A DNA stretch of 64,000 nucleotides, taken from assembly GCA_046052125.1 (NCBI GenBank), contig JBJOMY010000001.1, positions 384,001 to 448,000 on the forward strand, given 5' to 3'. The notes under the pieces are model-generated. The model worked only from the letters and a program-made list of their open reading frames with translations, did no database searches and was not told where the DNA came from. Origin of the DNA: Cyanobacteriota bacterium (GTDB lineage: Bacteria > Cyanobacteriota > Cyanobacteriia > PCC-6307 > Cyanobiaceae). The position numbers were made by a program, and so were the translations under genes. Below are positions 59,143-64,000 of the stretch, in pieces. How positions within the stretch are numbered: position 1 is the stretch's first letter; each line of letters opens with the position of its first letter.

Positions 59143-59802
59143 ATGCTCGAGCTGAGGTCGCTGCACTACCACCCCGCCACGGCGGCCGAACCGGTGCTGC
59201 GCGGCCTCAACCTGCAGTTGCAGGTGGGGCAGCCGGCCTTGATTGCTGGCCGCAGCGGCTCCGGCAAATCCACGCTGCTCGAACTGATCTGTGGCCTGGC
59301 TGAGCCGAGTGGGGGCCGCAGCGGCGGCAGCATTCTCTGGAACGGCCATGCACTCAATGCCCGCCAGCGGCGCTGGCTCTGCGGGCTGGTGTTTCAGTTT
59401 CCCGAACGCCATTTCCTCGGCCTGAGCGTGGGGCAGGAACTGAAGCTGGGGCAACGGCGCCTGCCATCAGAAAAGGTTGCAGCGGTGCTGGAGCAGGTGG
59501 GTTTATCGGGGGTGTCGCTGCAGCAGGCGCCGGAGGCGCTGAGTGGCGGCCAGCAGCGCCGCCTAGCTCTGGCGGTGCAACTGCTGCGCAATCCGCGCGT
59601 GCTGCTGCTCGATGAGCCCACGGCCGGCCTGGATTGGTCGGTGCGCGGCGAAATTCTCGAGCTCTTGGCTCAGCTGGGGCGCGATCGGGTGTTGCTGGTG
59701 GTGAGCCACGAGCCGGAGTTGTTCGAGGCGTGGGTCGAGCCGGAGCAGCGCTACCAACTCGTGGGCGGGCAGCTGCTGCAAGCACAGACCACAGGCCGCT
59801 GA
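59143..59802 (+). CDS. ABC ATP-binding protein (ECF/CbiO-like)
   Basis: GRSGSGKST, VFQFPERHF, LSGGQQRR, LLDEPTAGLD. Confidence 0.88.
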   Translation: MLELRSLHYHPATAAEPVLRGLNLQLQVGQPALIAGRSGSGKSTLLELICGLAEPSGGRSGGSILWNGHALNARQRRWLCGLVFQFPERHFLGLSVGQELKLGQRRLPSEKVAAVLEQVGLSGVSLQQAPEALSGGQQRRLALAVQLLRNPRVLLLDEPTAGLDWSVRGEILELLAQLGRDRVLLVVSHEPELFEAWVEPEQRYQLVGGQLLQAQTTGR

Positions 59803-59853
59803 AGCCTGGCCGCTGAATACAGTGCGCTCTCTGGGGTGCAGCGGGTTTCGGCG

Positions 59854-60768
59854 ATGGCGGATCAGTTGGTGCGGGCGACGGCAGCCGGCGGTGGCATTCG
59901 CCTGGTGGCAGTGAGCACCAGCACCACGGCCCGCTACGCGCGGCGCCGCCACAACCTCTCCTTTCTCACCACCGCCCTGTTGGGCCGGGCGATGACCGCC
60001 GGCCTGCTGCTGGCCAGCTCGATGAAGGTGCGGCACGGGCGGGTGAACTTGCGCATCGCTTCCGATGGCCCCCTGCGCGGCCTGATGGTGGATGCCGGCC
60101 GCGATGGCACGGTGCGCGGCTATGTGGGCAACCCTGAACTGGAGCTCGATCTGGTGCAGGAAGCCGATGGGCTGCACCACTTCGATTTCAAGCAAGCCAC
60201 TGGCACCGGTTACCTGCATGTGGTGCGGGATCTGGGCGAGGGCGAACCGTTCAGCTCCACCGTGGAATTGGTGAGCGGCGGCATCGGCGACGACGTTGCC
60301 TCCTATCTGCTGCACTCCGAACAGACCCCTTCAGCGGTGTTTGTGGGCGAGCAGATCGACAGCTCAGGCCTGAAGCATTGCGGCGGTGTGCTGGTGCAGG
60401 TGCTGCCCAAAGCAGCCCGTGAGCCGGCCCTGGTGGCCCTATTGGAGGAGCGCTGCAAGGAGATCAGCGGCTTCAGCGAAAAGCTGGCTGCCTGTGAGGG
60501 CAACCTGGAAGCCCTGCTGCGGGAGATCTTTCCGGATCTCGATCCCCAGCTGCTCGATGACGCCGAGGCCAGCCAGGAGATCACCTTCCACTGCCCCTGC
60601 AGCCGCCGCCGCAGCGTGAACGCCCTGAAGCTTCTCGGTAGCGCCGAGCTCAGCGACATGCTTCAGAGCGAAGGCAAGGCCGAACTCACCTGCCACTTCT
60701 GCAATGAGGTGTACGAAGTGGGCGGCGGTGAACTGCAGGAACTGATCAACGAGCTGGCCGCTGCGTGA
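59854..60768 (+). CDS. hslO: Hsp33 redox-regulated chaperone
   Basis: [17 protein letters not shown]-x-C (CPCS) and CHFC zinc centre. Confidence 0.96.
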   Translation: MADQLVRATAAGGGIRLVAVSTSTTARYARRRHNLSFLTTALLGRAMTAGLLLASSMKVRHGRVNLRIASDGPLRGLMVDAGRDGTVRGYVGNPELELDLVQEADGLHHFDFKQATGTGYLHVVRDLGEGEPFSSTVELVSGGIGDDVASYLLHSEQTPSAVFVGEQIDSSGLKHCGGVLVQVLPKAAREPALVALLEERCKEISGFSEKLAACEGNLEALLREIFPDLDPQLLDDAEASQEITFHCPCSRRRSVNALKLLGSAELSDMLQSEGKAELTCHFCNEVYEVGGGELQELINELAAA

Positions 60769-60788
60769 TCAGCTAGCGATCTAAAGCC

Positions 60789-61493
60789 TTAGGAGATCAG
60801 GAGCGCACCAAGCACCAGCAGAACCAGAGCCGGCAGGCTCTGCACCTGCTGCGGACTCAGCGGCAAACCGAGAGGCAGAGAGGGATCGATCGCCTGTACC
60901 AGCAGACCACCCAGCAGCAGACCGAGGCTGAGCAGCAGCACGCTCCAGCCCACCGATGGCAGCAAACGCCCCTGGCGTCGCTGCAGGTTCACCACCGTGA
61001 GAACGGTGGCGAAAGCCAGCACGAGCTCCGCGCTCGCGGCCGGTGCAAACAGCAGGATCACCAACAGCAATCCACCGCCCACCACGGGGAACCAGCGCTC
61101 TCGCCCTTCGGCCAGGGCGAAACGGGGCAGCGCAGGGGCGCTGAACTTGAGGGCCGGTTTGGGCAGCGCCGGCAGGCTGGGCAGGGCCGGCAGTGAGGGC
61201 TTGGGCAGGGAGGCACCGGCGGAGGGCCGCGCCGCTTCCCGTTGGGAAGCGTTGAGGGCAGCAGAGCTCACCTTGCCCTGTTGACGCTCCTTGAGCCGAT
61301 CCATCAACACCGCGTCGTAGGCGGCTTCGATGCGGGCCCTGGCCTGGGGGTCATCGCCCACCTCGGCGAAGCGGGCCTGCTTGGCCGCCTGCACATCATC
61401 GAAGCTGGCATCAGGACTGATCCCGAGCCGCTCATAGGGATTCAATGAGCCGGGCTGGGCAGGGCCTCCGGTTGGATCAGTTCCCTGGGTCAT
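60789..61493 (-). CDS. CPP1-like (DUF3353) J-like membrane protein
   Basis: NPYERLGI...IEAAYDAVLMDRLKERQQGK, no HPD, C-terminal TMs. Confidence 0.88.
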   Translation of the reverse strand: MTQGTDPTGGPAQPGSLNPYERLGISPDASFDDVQAAKQARFAEVGDDPQARARIEAAYDAVLMDRLKERQQGKVSSAALNASQREAARPSAGASLPKPSLPALPSLPALPKPALKFSAPALPRFALAEGRERWFPVVGGGLLLVILLFAPAASAELVLAFATVLTVVNLQRRQGRLLPSVGWSVLLLSLGLLLGGLLVQAIDPSLPLGLPLSPQQVQSLPALVLLVLGALLIS

Positions 61494-61559
61494 GCCGCGG
61501 CTGGAAGCTTCAGTGCTGTGGGCTCAGCCTAGGGAGCCGGAGCCAGGAAAGATCCCTGC

Positions 61560-61796
61560 TCAGAAAAGGGGATCGCTGTGGCGATAGCCGCCCTCGAGCT
61601 GCAGGCGGCGGCGCTGCTGCTCCGCCTCATCGCGCTGCAACCAGCAACGGCGTTTCAACAGGGGCATCTGCGGGGGCAGATGGCTGCCTTCCCGCATCTC
61701 AACAGACGCTGAGCCTGGAGTGGAACCAGGCACGAAGTTCACGTAGTCGCATCCCCCGTCGTTACGGGGTCGAATGAGCCAGAGGGGCCTCGCCAT
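61560..61796 (-). CDS. Small conserved hypothetical protein
   Basis: 78-aa ATG ORF filling the gap between co-oriented genes; PPQMPLLKRR motif. Confidence 0.6.
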   Translation of the reverse strand: MARPLWLIRPRNDGGCDYVNFVPGSTPGSASVEMREGSHLPPQMPLLKRRCWLQRDEAEQQRRRLQLEGGYRHSDPLF

Positions 61797-61895
61797 CGCC
61801 AGAACCGCCGTTGTGACCTTTCTTCGTAAAGATTCTGGCGAGCTCGAAAGCCCGCCGTGGCTCGCGCGCAGGATCCCTGGGAGATCACACGGGAA

Positions 61896-63542
61896 TCAAA
61901 GCGCGATCGGCTCCACACCGCTCACCACCGGTGCCACGGCGCTGAGTTCGAGATCGGGATGGTCTTCACCCAGCTGGTTGAGGTTCCACTCGTTTTTGAA
62001 CAGCAGCACCGGCCGGTCCCAGGCATCGCGCACGGTTTTGCAGTTGAAGATGCGGCCCACCTTTTCCAGGGCTGGCCAGCCGCCCACCACCCAGCGCGCC
62101 ACAGAAAAACCGAGGGGCTCGAGGCGGGTCTGCACGCCGTATTCGTTTTCCAGGCGGTACTGCACCACCTCCAGCTGCAGCTGACCCACAGCCGCAAGGA
62201 TTGGATCGCGCTTGCTCTGGTCGGTGTCGTAGAGGACCTGCACCGCCCCCTCTTCTCTCAGTTCGTTCACGCCCTTGCGGAAGCTCTTGAAGGCTGAGGG
62301 GTTGGGGTTGCGCAACCAGGAGAAGATCTCGGGGCTGAAGCAGGGGATGCCCTCGTATTCCACCTTCGGCCCCAGATACAGGGTGTCGCCGATGGCGAAC
62401 ATGCCGGGGTTGTTCAGACCAATCACATCACCGGGGTAGGCGTCTTCCACCACCTCGCGGTCTTGGCCGAACAGCTTTTGGGGGCGTGAAAGGCGGATGG
62501 TCTTGCCGGTGCGGGCGTGCTGCACCGTCATGTCCTTCTCAAACTTGCCGCTGCAAACCCGCACAAACGCCACGCGGTCGCGGTGGCGGGGATCCATGTT
62601 GGCCTGGAGCTTGAACACAAAACCGCTGAAGCCGGGGCGCACCGGCTCGATCTCGCCGGCGCTGCTGCTGCGGGGGATCGGCTTCTGCGCCAGCTCGAGG
62701 AAGGCATCGAGGAAGGGGCGCACGCCGAAGTTGGTCATCGCCGAGCCGAAGAACACCGGGCTGAGCTCACCGGCATGCACCAGCTCGAGATCAAGCTCAT
62801 TGCCGGCGGCCTCCAGCAGCTCCAGCTCCTCGAGGGCCGCATCCAGCAGCTCAGCTTCCACGGCGCCGCTGCTGCGCGCTTCCTCCACGCTCAGCACCTT
62901 CTCTTCGGAAGTGCGGCCGCGCTCGGCCCTCAGGAACAGGATCACCTGCTGGCTGCGGCGATCGATCACGCCGCGGAAGCGATCGCCGCTGCCGATCGGC
63001 CAGTTCACCGGCCAGCAGGCCAGCCCCAGCTCCTGTTCGATCTCATCGAGCAGCTCGAGGGGCTCACGCCCCGGCCGGTCCATCTTGTTGATGAAGGTGA
63101 AGATGGGGATGCGCCGCATGCGGCACACCTCAAACAACTTGCGGGTCTGCGGCTCGAGGCCCTTGGCCGCGTCTTCCAGCATCACCGCGTTATCGGCGGC
63201 GGCGAGGGTGCGGTAGGTGTCTTCTGAAAAGTCCTGGTGGCCGGGGGTATCGAGCAGGTTGATCGTGCTGCCGCTGTAGTCGAACTGCAGCACCGTTGAG
63301 GTGATCGAGATGCCGCGCTGCTTCTCCAGCTCCATCCAGTCGGAGGTCACCTTGCGCTGCTCGCCCTTGGCCTTCACGGCACCGGCCTGCTGAATCGCAC
63401 CCCCGTACAGCAGCAGCTTCTCGGTGAGGGTGGTTTTACCCGCGTCGGGGTGGGAAATGATCGCGAAATTGCGGCGGCGCGCCACCGCCTCGGCCAGGGC
63501 CTGAAGCTCGGGAGTGGTGGCGGGAGCTGTGGTGCTGGTCAT
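61896..63542 (-). CDS. prfC: Peptide chain release factor 3
   Basis: [49 protein letters not shown]. Confidence 0.98.
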   Translation of the reverse strand: MTSTTAPATTPELQALAEAVARRRNFAIISHPDAGKTTLTEKLLLYGGAIQQAGAVKAKGEQRKVTSDWMELEKQRGISITSTVLQFDYSGSTINLLDTPGHQDFSEDTYRTLAAADNAVMLEDAAKGLEPQTRKLFEVCRMRRIPIFTFINKMDRPGREPLELLDEIEQELGLACWPVNWPIGSGDRFRGVIDRRSQQVILFLRAERGRTSEEKVLSVEEARSSGAVEAELLDAALEELELLEAAGNELDLELVHAGELSPVFFGSAMTNFGVRPFLDAFLELAQKPIPRSSSAGEIEPVRPGFSGFVFKLQANMDPRHRDRVAFVRVCSGKFEKDMTVQHARTGKTIRLSRPQKLFGQDREVVEDAYPGDVIGLNNPGMFAIGDTLYLGPKVEYEGIPCFSPEIFSWLRNPNPSAFKSFRKGVNELREEGAVQVLYDTDQSKRDPILAAVGQLQLEVVQYRLENEYGVQTRLEPLGFSVARWVVGGWPALEKVGRIFNCKTVRDAWDRPVLLFKNEWNLNQLGEDHPDLELSAVAPVVSGVEPIAL

Positions 63543-63554
63543 GCGGCAAGCCTC

Positions 63555-64000
63555 TCAGAGCAACCGCCCCCACACCTCTAGATAGCGATCGTCGAGCGCT
63601 CCCACCTGCAGCTGCTGCGCCAATCCAGCCGCCTCAAGCTGCGCGCGCACCTCATCGGGGCTGAAGGCGGCGTGCAGGGAGGCGATGTAGTCGTGCTGCA
63701 GCACAGGCGGCGCATCCGCCAGATAGCGCTGCTGCAGAGCCAGCACCGCCTCAGGGCTGGACGGACGGCGCAGGTCTTTGATGTACACGCAGGCGCCAGA
63801 ACCTCCCAGCTGGCGCACTGTGCGCCACAGCACCGCTGGGTCATGCAGATGGTGCAGCAGGCTGTTGCTGAGCACCGCAGTGAAGCCGCCCTTCAGGTGC
63901 GGATCGGGCAGACAGTGCTGCTCAAAGCGCAGGCGCTCCTGCAGCCCAGGCTGCTCAGCCAAGGCCTGGTGGGCCAGGTCGAGCATGGCCGCCGCACCAT
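63555..64000 (-). CDS. Class I SAM-dependent methyltransferase, 5' end outside the window
   Basis: DGAAAML, SNSLLHHLHDP, DLRRP, SLHAAF. Confidence 0.8.
   Translation of the reverse strand, partial: GAAAMLDLAHQALAEQPGLQERLRFEQHCLPDPHLKGGFTAVLSNSLLHHLHDPAVLWRTVRQLGGSGACVYIKDLRRPSSPEAVLALQQRYLADAPPVLQHDYIASLHAAFSPDEVRAQLEAAGLAQQLQVGALDDRYLEVWGRLL

Noticed and set aside
1..64000. tRNA/rRNA genes, CRISPR arrays, transposases, integrases or prophage genes
   Set aside because: None recognised; intergenic gaps are short and show no repeat-spacer or cloverleaf patterns.

Overview
A GC-rich, gene-dense stretch of core chromosome from an alpha-picocyanobacterium (Cyanobium/Synechococcus-type; inferred from the proteobacterial-type phosphoribulokinase, the psb30-ykgJ-split GDT1 pair and the ispG-aspC-phnDCE arrangement). 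It carries about 60 protein genes: amino-acid, lipid and isoprenoid metabolism (proB, leuB, lpxD, accD, ispG), Calvin-cycle and Rubisco-repair enzymes (prk, fba, cbbY, plant-type glycerate kinase), photosynthesis (acsF, psb30, ftsH), and DNA/RNA/translation functions (recJ, mfd, rhlE, rsmE, fmt, rpmF, prfC). I saw no tRNA, rRNA, CRISPR array or mobile element. The best lead is at 17.2-19.9 kb: a zinc-ribbon threonine-synthase paralogue, a ubiquitin-like sulfur carrier (C-terminal GG) and a 3-His bicupin, preceded by a 25-bp palindrome matching the IscR/Rrf2 operator geometry. This suggests a regulated, sulfur-carrier-dependent route to homocysteine or cysteine. Other leads are an RhlE helicase whose conserved N-terminus lies upstream of any ATG/GTG/TTG (probable non-canonical start), an RNase R homologue that has lost its catalytic residues, and two tiny coupled membrane ORFs inside the phnDCE operon. 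All protein calls come from motif recognition by eye; no database search was run.
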